Source: Dehalococcoidia bacterium (GTDB lineage: Bacteria > Chloroflexota > Dehalococcoidia > Lucifugimonadales > UBA2985). From it: a stretch of DNA of 64,000 bases. The position numbers and the translations under genes are program-made. The notes below the pieces were generated by a model, which saw only the letters and a program-made list of their open reading frames with translations, did no database searches and was not told where the DNA came from. The stretch covers positions 1,153,454-1,217,453 of the forward strand of contig OZ253588.1 in assembly GCA_965263185.1 (NCBI GenBank). Direction: 5' to 3'. The stretch's first letter is position 1. Each line of letters begins with the position of its first letter. Of the stretch, positions 27,971-38,475 are shown in pieces.

Positions 27971-28747
27971 TTGACGGACCGGCCGTCTTTCTTGCAACGG
28001 CTCCGTGAGGCTGTGCGCGACAGTCGCGATGCTATGCGCGGCAGTTATGACTGGCGCTCGGCTCCCAACCACAGGACCGCCCGAGGCGAGCAGCCCGGCC
28101 GCGAGTTTCTGACCCCCTACTTCTCCAACAGGGATGACTTTTCCTCAGGCTTGTATGCATGCCTGTGCGCTTTTGACGTTGAGGACTTGGACTTTCATTT
28201 CCGCCTTCAGCAATGGGGAGGCGTAAATGAGACGGGTGGGACGGTACCAAGCAATTACGTCCGCCTGGTTTACACGTTCCCTCAATTCGAGAACCCTACC
28301 AAGGCCATCGAACTGGAGCAGGTTGACATAGCAAAGGGTTCAAAGAGAGGGCTGCACCATGGGCTGTCGGACGAAGGGCGACAAGAGGCTCTATTGTTAT
28401 CCCTGAAGCATAACCTGTACGCCTCTAGCGATAAGGAGCGACGGCTCCACCACATGGATAAGCGGACGGTCACTCTGGATGCCATTCCAGAGACCCCGGC
28501 GATACTGGATTACTGGAGAGGCCCAACGCGCGGTTATTGTATAATGCAGGTTTTTGTAAATGATGTCCGGATCCAAGCCGCGTTGTCGGGGTTTGACAGA
28601 GAAGAGGCTGCCAGCATCTTGGAACGGCTTGCTCCTATCGCAGGCAATGACCGCCTGGCTGAATGGCACGACACGACCATAAGGCAAATGCAAACCATCC
28701 GCCAACCTTTGGGAGGTAGCTACGCGGAGGGAAGGTGGCACACTTGA
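27971..28747 (+). CDS. Hypothetical protein (258 aa), orphan insert
   Basis: TTG start preceded by AAGGAAGGGGA. Lower GC. No domain recognised. Its RBS, start and first 6 codons duplicate those of the next gene. Confidence 0.5.
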   Translation: MTDRPSFLQRLREAVRDSRDAMRGSYDWRSAPNHRTARGEQPGREFLTPYFSNRDDFSSGLYACLCAFDVEDLDFHFRLQQWGGVNETGGTVPSNYVRLVYTFPQFENPTKAIELEQVDIAKGSKRGLHHGLSDEGRQEALLLSLKHNLYASSDKERRLHHMDKRTVTLDAIPETPAILDYWRGPTRGYCIMQVFVNDVRIQAALSGFDREEAASILERLAPIAGNDRLAEWHDTTIRQMQTIRQPLGGSYAEGRWHT

Positions 28748-29400
28748 CGGACCGACCGTCGGAGCTGAAGGCGCTGGCTGAGAAGGCGCGCGCCTTCTTC
28801 GGCGACAAGCACGCAGCGCGTGAGCGCGCGTTGCAGCTCTCCCGCGTGACAGTCCAGCTATCCTCGACCGCCATCCGCGCCGTGCATCGCAACGAGTACG
28901 ACGAGGCCCGCGCGCTCATCCGCTCGGCCGGGGAGCGCGTGGCTGAGATGAAAGACATCCGGGAGAACCACCCGGACATCTACTACACCGGCTTTGTGCA
29001 GGACGCCCAGAAGGAGTACGTTGAGGCCAACGCAACCCTGGCGTTCATCACCGGCGCATCGCTGCCCTACCCGGAGGAGCTTGGAATATCCTACGGCGCG
29101 TACCTGAACGGCTTGGGCGAGACCATTGGAGAGATGCGAAGATACCTGCTGGACTCCCTCCGCCGCGGCGACGTGTCGCGCTGCGAGGAGCTGCTGGACC
29201 TGATGGACCACGTCTACACGGAGCTGTTCACCATGGACTTCCCAGAGGCTATCACCGGCGGGCTCAGGCGCACCACGGACGCCATGCGGGGCATTCTGGA
29301 GCGCACCCGAGGAGACCTGACCACGGCCCTGAGACAGCAGAGCCTGGAGGAGCGGCTCAGCCGGCTATTGGACAGGTTAACCACGCAAAACCTTGACTAG
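28735..29400 (+). CDS. Translin-family protein
   Basis: YLNGLGETIGEMRRYLLDSLRRGD and the helical repeat organisation resemble archaeal/bacterial translin. Start is GTG 28735 or TTG 28744. Confidence 0.6.
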   Translation: MAHLTDRPSELKALAEKARAFFGDKHAARERALQLSRVTVQLSSTAIRAVHRNEYDEARALIRSAGERVAEMKDIRENHPDIYYTGFVQDAQKEYVEANATLAFITGASLPYPEELGISYGAYLNGLGETIGEMRRYLLDSLRRGDVSRCEELLDLMDHVYTELFTMDFPEAITGGLRRTTDAMRGILERTRGDLTTALRQQSLEERLSRLLDRLTTQNLD

Positions 29401-29542
29401 AAGAAGGGGTAGTGATAGATTGCACACTTGGATAGAACCGGGCAAGAGACCTGCCATCGACTTCCCCGGCCCTTTATCCCGCGCATGGCGAGACTATTAT
29501 TGTCCGCTCATGCCGAGCTTGTCGGACCATAGGAGATAGCAA

Positions 29543-31552
<2,010 letters not shown>

Positions 31553-31554
31553 GC

Positions 31555-31865
31555 GCAGCCGTCCCGCGGGGTATGTTTGAGGCGTGGCCCGCTCATGCCC
31601 CCCGCCCGTTCGTGGTGAGCTTGTCGAACCATATGAGCGGTATGCGGCAGTACGTAGTCATGCCCGCGGACGCGGGCATCCAGAGGGGGGAGGAGGGATG
31701 GATTCCCGCTCGTAGGCGGGAATGACGGGGGAGGGTTGCCCCCGCTGACGCCCTTCGACACGCTCAGAGCCTGCCCCGTACTTGATAGGGGATGAGCGGA
31801 CAGATGGACTCCGTTCGTGGTGAGCTTGTCGAACCATATGAGCGGGTCAACGCTTGCCCCTGCGG
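31555..31865. repeat. Cluster of modular intergenic repeats
   Basis: ttcgtggtgagcttgtcgaaccatatgagcgg occurs twice, plus the catgcccgcggacgcgggcat hairpin and cccttcgacacgctcagagcctgccccgtacttgatagggg. Confidence 0.75.
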
Positions 31866-31938
31866 CAGCGCGGGGTAGTATGCTATAATTGGGGGCACAA
31901 CAAACGCGGGCCGCGTACCTCGCGCCAGGAGTTGAAAC

Positions 31939-32796
31939 ATGACCCCAAGCGACTATCCTCGCCCGGACCTCTTGGTGGAGTCGGAATGGCTTGAGGCTCA
32001 CCTGAACGACCCAGACCTGCGAATCATCGACTGCGACCAGTACGACCTGTACACCCGCGCCCACATCGCGAACGCCGTGGGCATCCCGGAGCACAACTTC
32101 ATCAAGAATCCGAACTTCCCCAGCGATCCCACTGGCTATCCCTTGGTGGCGTCGGCGGAGGACTTTGCGCGTTTGATGGGCAGAATGGGTATTGGGAACG
32201 ACACGACTGTTGTGGCCTACGACGCCGGTGGAGGAACACGCGCCGCCCGGCTGTGGTGGGTTCTCAACTACTACGGGCACACCAAGGCCATGATGCTCAA
32301 CGGCGGCTGGAAGAAGTGGCACGACGAGGGTCGGCCCACGTCGACGGACGCGCTGAGGCCACCGGAGGCCTCTTTCACCTCTACGGAAGTCCCCGACTTG
32401 GTCTGCCTGATGGACTACGGAGTCTCGTGCGTCGGGGACCCGGACACGGTGTTCCTGGACGTGCGATCCGAAGACGAGTGGACGGGCGCCGGCGCACGCG
32501 GCAACAAGCGGGCAGGCCACGTGCCAGGAGCCGTACACCTGGAGTGGCTCAACTTCGTCACCAGCGACAAGCACCAGACCGTCAAGCCCGCCGCAGAACT
32601 GCGAGCGATGCTGGAGGAGCGCGGCGTCACCCCGGACAAGCAGGTGATCACCTATTGACAGGGAGGAATCCGTGCGGCGCACGGCGCGTTCGTTCTCACC
32701 CTAATGGGATACAACCGGGTACGTAACTATGACGGCTCCATGGGAGAGTGGGCCAACCGAGACCACACTCCTCTGATGGTGGAAGGCGCTGGCTGA
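31939..32796 (+). CDS. Two-domain rhodanese-like sulfurtransferase, putative selenoprotein (Sec at TGA 32656-32658)
   Basis: The ORF track stops at 32658 (..KQVITY*). Reading through gives [44 protein letters not shown], so the TGA sits at the catalytic Cys of the CxxGxR loop. The true stop is TGA 32794-32796. Confidence 0.75.
32670..32684 (+). promoter_or_regulatory. Candidate bacterial SECIS hairpin
   Basis: CCGTGC-GGC-GCACGG begins 12 nt after the in-frame TGA and has Gs in the apical loop. Confidence 0.45.
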
Positions 32797-32907
32797 TCCG
32801 GAGCGACGCCATCCACAAGATGCGGTATTCGTTGACAGGGCTGCGCCTGTCGTATCCACAGCAGGCCCCGGCAAGGCTGGCCTGTCCCGGTAAGGAGGCA
32901 CACGTTC

Positions 32908-33921
32908 ATGATGATCAGCCCCAATGACCCGCGTATCACGTGGCAAGGCGCCATATCCTTTCAAGACGCCGGTGAGTGGTTACAGCCCTGGCGGCTCCCC
33001 TACGAGGATCTGGCCCTGTTCCCGCCGGACGCCCTGAGGGAACGAGCGGCAATGCCCGCGGGCGTGCGTATCAGCTTCCACAGCGACGCGACTACGCTGG
33101 CGGGCCGGATTGAGCCGTCCCCTGAGGCCTCGCCGCTCGACCTCCTCTGCGACGGGTTGCCCTGTGGCTCGGCGGAGCTGGCGGGCCGGAGCTCCTTTGC
33201 GTTCCACGACCTGCCGCCCGGCGAGAAGCTGATAGAGCTGTGGCTGCCCCAGTTCGGCGAGTTCCGCCTCAGGTCCCTGGAGGCGCCCGATGGGGCCACC
33301 ATCGCCCCTTACGATGACCCCAGGCCGCGATGGATTACGTATGGCAGCTCCATAACCCACTGCCGCACCGCAGGAAGCCCCAGCCTGACCTGGCCGGCCA
33401 TAGTCGCCCGTGAGCATGGACTGAACCTGACCTGCCTTGGCTACGGCGGAAACTGCCACCTGGAGCCGATGGTCGCACGAATGATGCGCGGCCTGCCCGC
33501 CGATTTCATCTCCATCAAGGTGGGCATTAACGTCTACGGCAACGGGAGCCTGAACCTTCGCACCTTCCGGCCCGCCGTCATTGGATTCGTGGAGATACTC
33601 AGGGAGGGACATCCAAACACGCCCCTGGCGGTTATTTCGCCCATCTACTCGCCCTCGCGGGAGGAGACACCCAACGCGGTGGAGTTTACCCTGCGGGACA
33701 TGCGGGAGGAGGTCGCCGAGGCGGTGAGCACTCTACAGGGGCGCGGCGACCGCAATATCCACTACGTGGACGGGCTGAGGCTGTTCGGCTCCGACTACAC
33801 ACACATGCTCCCGGACGGCTTGCACCCGGACCCGGAGGGGTACAAGACGCTTGGACACAACTTCCTGAGAGAGGTGGCGACGCCCCTGTTTCGGAAAGCC
33901 GCCGCCCCTTCAGCGCCCTGA
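32908..33921 (+). CDS. SGNH/GDSL-type hydrolase family protein
   Basis: ITYGSSITH (block I Ser), GYGGNCHLE and DGLHPDPEGY (block V DxxH). Confidence 0.65.
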   Translation: MMISPNDPRITWQGAISFQDAGEWLQPWRLPYEDLALFPPDALRERAAMPAGVRISFHSDATTLAGRIEPSPEASPLDLLCDGLPCGSAELAGRSSFAFHDLPPGEKLIELWLPQFGEFRLRSLEAPDGATIAPYDDPRPRWITYGSSITHCRTAGSPSLTWPAIVAREHGLNLTCLGYGGNCHLEPMVARMMRGLPADFISIKVGINVYGNGSLNLRTFRPAVIGFVEILREGHPNTPLAVISPIYSPSREETPNAVEFTLRDMREEVAEAVSTLQGRGDRNIHYVDGLRLFGSDYTHMLPDGLHPDPEGYKTLGHNFLREVATPLFRKAAAPSAP

Positions 33922-33995
33922 GCGCACCGGCTGCAAGATACCATTCCCACTATGAAGGAGGACGTGGTACGCCTCCTGCCCATGAATGAGGCCAT

Positions 33996-36920
33996 ATGGT
34001 AGTGAGCAGGGTAGCAGGAGCAGTCTTGGCGGTTCTAATGCTCGTGGCTGCCCTGGCGTGCCAGGAGCAGGAACCTACCAGCACTCCGGACACCCAAGCC
34101 ACCATAGACGCCAGCGTGGCCGCTACCATGGCAGCAATGCCAACCGCTTTGCCTACGCCGACTCCTACACCTACGAGTACCCCGACTCCCACCCCAATCC
34201 ATGCACCTTCCAGCATCTCCACGCCCACACCCTTTCTCATGCCGACTAGAACCCCTTCCCCGACTCCTAATCCTGTACATACAGTGACTCCCGATACAAG
34301 TAAATTTACTGCCATCAACAGCGGCGCCTGGCAAACCTGCGCGCTTCGAGCTGACGGCTCTCCAGTTTGCTGGGGTGACAATTATTCCGGCCAGACATCG
34401 CCGCCCACGGACGAGAGGTTCACCGCGGTCAGCAGTGGTAGCTCACACATCTGCGCGCTCCGCGCCGACGGCTCCCCCGTCTGCTGGGGGGACGATGGTT
34501 CGGGCCAAGCGTCGCCCCCCATGGACGAGAGGTTCACTGCAATCAGCAGTGGGAATTATCACACTTGCGCACTCCGCGCCGACGGCTCTCCGGTCTGCTG
34601 GGGCAGTGATTTCTACGATCAGATACCGCGGCCGTCGGACGAGAAATTTGCCGCCATAAGCAGTGGCGATGACCACACTTGCGCGCTTCGCGCCGACGGC
34701 TCTCCCGTCTGCTGGGGCAATAATGATGAACGCCAAACGTCTCCACCTACGAACGAGACGTTTACATCCATCAGCAGCGGTGCTAATCACACCTGCGCAC
34801 TCCGCACCGACGGTACTCCCGTCTGCTGGGGCAGTGATTCCGATGGCCAAGCGTCGCCTCCTCCAGGCAAGAAGTTCGCCGTCATCAGCAGCGGACGTTA
34901 CCACTCCTGCGCGCTCCTAGCCGACGGATCTCCTGTCTGCTGGGGAAGCAACGCCTACCGTGGTGAATATGTAGGTCAGGCGTCACCGCCTGAAGACGTG
35001 GGACTTACTGCCATCAGCAGCGGTGGTTGGCACACTTGCGCGCTACGCGCCGATGGCTCTTCCGTCTGCTGGGGGTCGGATTTGGAAGGAAAAGCCTCAC
35101 CACCCGGGGGCGAGTTCATCGACAATACTCGCGGCCAAAGTTTCACCTGTGCAATCCGAGCCGACGGATCGCCCGTTTGCTGGACAGATGATAGCGATGG
35201 TCAAGCTCTGTTTCCAACTGGTGAAAATATCAGCGTCATCAGTAGTGGCGCAAATTACACTTGCGCACTCCGTTCCGACGGGTTGCCTGTCTGCTGGGGC
35301 AAAGAAGGTTCCCGGATAGCGTCGCCTCCCACGAATGAGAGGTTCATCGCCATCAGCAGCGGCTTGATCCACACCTGCGCTCTGCGGGCCGACGGCTCTC
35401 CGGTCTGTTGGGGTAGCAACTCGGGCTTATTGGGCAACTACATCGGCCAGGCGTCGCCTCCCTTGGGCGAGAAATTCACCTCCATAAGCAGTGGCTGGTT
35501 CCACACCTGCGCTCTGCGCGCCGATGGCTCTCCGGTCTGCTGGGGTGGCGATGAGGATGGCGAAGCGTCGCCTCCCTTGGGCGAGAAATTCACCTCCATA
35601 AGCAGTGGCGCTCTCCACACCTGCGCATTGCGCTCCGACGGCTCTCCGGTCTGTTGGGGGTCCAATCTAGATGTGTTAGAAAGTGAATTCCTCGGACAGG
35701 CTTCACCACCCGCAAATGAGGAGTTCACCACCATCAGCGCGGGAGACTTCCACACCTGCGCACTCCGTAGCGACGGCTCTCCCGTTTGCTGGGGCAGCAA
35801 CTTGGGCTATCTCACCGGCTACTCCGGCCAAGCATCTCCTCCAACGGACGAGTCGTTTGCTTCCATCAGTAGTGGCGAATATCATACCTGCGCACTCCGC
35901 GCGGATGGCTCCCCTGTATGCTGGGGCAAGTATAGAGATTTCGGAAACATGATCAGCCAGGCGTCGCTGCCAGCGGACGAGAAGTTCACTTCCATTAGCA
36001 GTGGGAGCGCTTATGCATGCGGATTGCGTTCCGACGGCTACCTTGTCTGCTGGGGCAGCAACCTGGACCATCTCTCCAACTTCGTCGGCAAAGCATTACC
36101 TCCCACAGGTGAGAGCTTTACTTCCATTAGCAGCGGAGAATTCCACACCTGCGCACTCCGAGCCGACGGCTCGCCCGTCTGCTGGGGTAGTGACTTTTAC
36201 GGCCAATCGTCACCTCCCGAGGGTGAGAAATTCACTGCGATAAGCAGCGACTTTTCACACACATGTGCGATCAGTGTCGACGGCTCACCCGTCTGCTGGG
36301 GAATCAATTCATTTGGCCAGGCGTCGCCCCCCACATGGGAAAGGTTCACCGCCATCAGTAGCGGCCTTTCTCACACCTGCGCCCTCCGGGCTGACGGCTT
36401 CCCCGTCTGCTGGGGTTTTTGGAGTGATGAGTTTGGTCGTATATCACCTGTGTCGCCGCCCACAGGCGAGGACTTCACCGTCATCAGCACCGGAACTCTG
36501 CACACCTGCGCGCTCCGCGCTGACGGATCTCCTGTTTGCTGGGGCGACAATGAGAACGGCCAGGCATCGCCGCCTCCCAGCGAGAAGTTTATTGCTATCA
36601 GCAGCGGAGAATCCCACACTTGCGCGCTGCGCGCTGACGGCTCACCCGTCTGCTGGGGTGATAATGAGAACGGCCAGGCATCGCCGCCTCCAAACGAAAA
36701 ATTCACTGCCATCAGCAGTGGGGATAGACACAGCTGCGCACTCCGCTCAAACGGTACTCCCGTCTGCTGGGGCAGTAATCTGTTTGGCCAAGCGTCGTAT
36801 CCCGCGGGCCAGAAGCTGATTGTCATCAGCTGTGGAGATAGTCACACGTGCGCGCTACGCCCAAACGGTACCCCAGTCTGCTGGGGCTGGGATAATGATG
36901 GCCAAGCGTCGCCGCCTTAG
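33996..36920 (+). CDS. Secreted lipoprotein with about 22 short RCC1-like repeats
   Basis: Signal peptide plus lipobox (LVAALAC), a PT-rich linker, then 22 repeats of about 37-43 aa of the form F(T/A)xISSGxxHTCALRxDGSPVCWGxxxxGQASPP. Confidence 0.8.
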   Translation: MVVSRVAGAVLAVLMLVAALACQEQEPTSTPDTQATIDASVAATMAAMPTALPTPTPTPTSTPTPTPIHAPSSISTPTPFLMPTRTPSPTPNPVHTVTPDTSKFTAINSGAWQTCALRADGSPVCWGDNYSGQTSPPTDERFTAVSSGSSHICALRADGSPVCWGDDGSGQASPPMDERFTAISSGNYHTCALRADGSPVCWGSDFYDQIPRPSDEKFAAISSGDDHTCALRADGSPVCWGNNDERQTSPPTNETFTSISSGANHTCALRTDGTPVCWGSDSDGQASPPPGKKFAVISSGRYHSCALLADGSPVCWGSNAYRGEYVGQASPPEDVGLTAISSGGWHTCALRADGSSVCWGSDLEGKASPPGGEFIDNTRGQSFTCAIRADGSPVCWTDDSDGQALFPTGENISVISSGANYTCALRSDGLPVCWGKEGSRIASPPTNERFIAISSGLIHTCALRADGSPVCWGSNSGLLGNYIGQASPPLGEKFTSISSGWFHTCALRADGSPVCWGGDEDGEASPPLGEKFTSISSGALHTCALRSDGSPVCWGSNLDVLESEFLGQASPPANEEFTTISAGDFHTCALRSDGSPVCWGSNLGYLTGYSGQASPPTDESFASISSGEYHTCALRADGSPVCWGKYRDFGNMISQASLPADEKFTSISSGSAYACGLRSDGYLVCWGSNLDHLSNFVGKALPPTGESFTSISSGEFHTCALRADGSPVCWGSDFYGQSSPPEGEKFTAISSDFSHTCAISVDGSPVCWGINSFGQASPPTWERFTAISSGLSHTCALRADGFPVCWGFWSDEFGRISPVSPPTGEDFTVISTGTLHTCALRADGSPVCWGDNENGQASPPPSEKFIAISSGESHTCALRADGSPVCWGDNENGQASPPPNEKFTAISSGDRHSCALRSNGTPVCWGSNLFGQASYPAGQKLIVISCGDSHTCALRPNGTPVCWGWDNDGQASPP

Positions 36921-36943
36921 CGTGTGCCACTCTGCTCTTGTCG

Positions 36944-38392
36944 TGTCGTTGTCCAGTGAAAATGTCAGGGTAATTGTTCAATGATTATGTCAGTAGGGGT
37001 TTCATCCAAGGGTGGTTGGGTGATGGCTTGGTAGTGTTCTGGCTTCTTGTCTTCTTAGGGGTGAAGGGGGTGGTTCTCAGAGCATCTTGGTTGCCGTTGT
37101 CTGAGAGGCTTGGTGTGTCTGCCAACAACAGCCCGTTGTAGCGTGGACCCTTTTGCGCCCTGAGGGTGACCGGTTCAAGGGGCGCAGGGGCCGAAGCCAC
37201 GCACCTGCCCTGATGGAAGACCAGGATGCTGCCGTCCAGTCGAACTTGGACTTCGACCCTGGCTCTGGCATAGCTGGTCCTGAGGCCATCTGGCAACATC
37301 TGCAGTGCGGCGCCGTTAAAGGGGACGGTATTGTCGTTGGCTACGGTGCGCAGATACTTGAAGCACAGGGCGGCATCAAGGGAGAGGCCCGGGGCCGGTT
37401 GGCGATAGGCCGAGCCGGGTTGAGCCGGCGCGACGCCGAACCGTCGATTGTATCTTGGCAGGAAGTCCCGGAGCATTCCGTTGGCCTGCTCAATGGTAGC
37501 AGCGCCGGCGAGGCGCATCTCAGAGACCAGGCGGTCCTGGAAGGTGTCCCACGCCCGCTCCACTCTACCCTTGGCCTGCGGTGTATGGGCCAGGATGAGC
37601 CTAATGCCCAGTTCCTCCAGCGCTCTGGCGAACTGCGTGGGGTCACGCCTTCCCCGGAGTTGCTCTTCCAGACTCTCAGGTTCCCTGGTGGAGTTCTGGA
37701 ATATGCTATGCCGGTCGCTGTACAGGGCCATTGGGATTCCGTGGCGAGCGATGATCTCCCTGAGCATCAGCATGTAGCCGTGGGCGTCCTCCTGCTGACG
37801 GAACAGAGCGAAGGGGACTGTCCCGGTGGCGTCGTCCACGGAGCCGATGAGAGTCAGATGTGGTCCGCGACCCTCCAGCCAGTTGTGCCGGCTCCCATCT
37901 ATCTGCAGCAGCATTCCCTCCTGGGGGTAGCGCTCCCTTCGAAGGTAGCGCTTGGGCGCTCGGCGACGACGAGGGCTTCCGATTCCCCCGGCCAAAAGGA
38001 CCCGCCGGACGGTGGAGCGAGACAGATGGATGCCCTCCCGATCTGCCAGCATCTCGGTCAAATGCGAGTGGTTGAAGCCTGAATAAGCGCCGGTGGCCAG
38101 CTCCATCACCTTCTCCTGAATCTCCGGACACGTGGTGGTAGACGGCCTTCTGCCTCTGTTTCCGTGAGCCACTCCAGCAACTCCCTCCTTTCGATATGCT
38201 CTCAGTAGTCGCCATGCATGGCGCTCGCTCACACCCATCAGCCTGGCCGCCTCTGCCACCAACACCTTCCCTTCCATTACTCCGTTCAACACCCCTATCC
38301 TCGATTGCTCTCTGATGGTCAACGTCAGTCCTTTCATAGACTGACATTCTCATTGAACATTTAACTACTGACAAAATCATTGCACAATGACA
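36944..38392 (-). mobile_element. Insertion sequence with rve-type transposase (IS481/ISNCY-like; family call uncertain), 1449 bp
   Basis: Imperfect ~25-bp terminal inverted repeats TGTCGTTGTCCAGTGAAAATGTCAG / TGTCATTGTGCAATGATTTTGTCAG (TGT..ACA ends). Flanked by the 16-bp direct repeat CACTCTGCTCTTGTCG (36928-36943 and 38393-38408). Confidence 0.8.
36985..38337 (-). CDS. DDE (rve/integrase-core) transposase with N-terminal HTH
   Basis: N-terminal EAARLMGVSERHAWRLLRAYRKEGVAGVAHGNRGRRP. Core motifs LQIDGS, SDRHSIF and AHTPQAKGRVER. Confidence 0.85.
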   Translation of the reverse strand: MKGLTLTIREQSRIGVLNGVMEGKVLVAEAARLMGVSERHAWRLLRAYRKEGVAGVAHGNRGRRPSTTTCPEIQEKVMELATGAYSGFNHSHLTEMLADREGIHLSRSTVRRVLLAGGIGSPRRRRAPKRYLRRERYPQEGMLLQIDGSRHNWLEGRGPHLTLIGSVDDATGTVPFALFRQQEDAHGYMLMLREIIARHGIPMALYSDRHSIFQNSTREPESLEEQLRGRRDPTQFARALEELGIRLILAHTPQAKGRVERAWDTFQDRLVSEMRLAGAATIEQANGMLRDFLPRYNRRFGVAPAQPGSAYRQPAPGLSLDAALCFKYLRTVANDNTVPFNGAALQMLPDGLRTSYARARVEVQVRLDGSILVFHQGRCVASAPAPLEPVTLRAQKGPRYNGLLLADTPSLSDNGNQDALRTTPFTPKKTRSQNTTKPSPNHPWMKPLLT

Positions 38393-38475
38393 CACTCTGC
38401 TCTTGTCGTTGACACCACGGGGCGCTACTGAGAAAATGGCGACAGCCCATTCCTAATATCTAGGAGGACAACGCA

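Noticed and set aside
33996-36920. Periodic DNA repeats that could be mistaken for a CRISPR array or satellite
   Set aside because: The periodicity is variable (about 111-129 nt), lies in one long open frame and encodes the RCC1-like repeat. There are no conserved short direct repeats with unique spacers.
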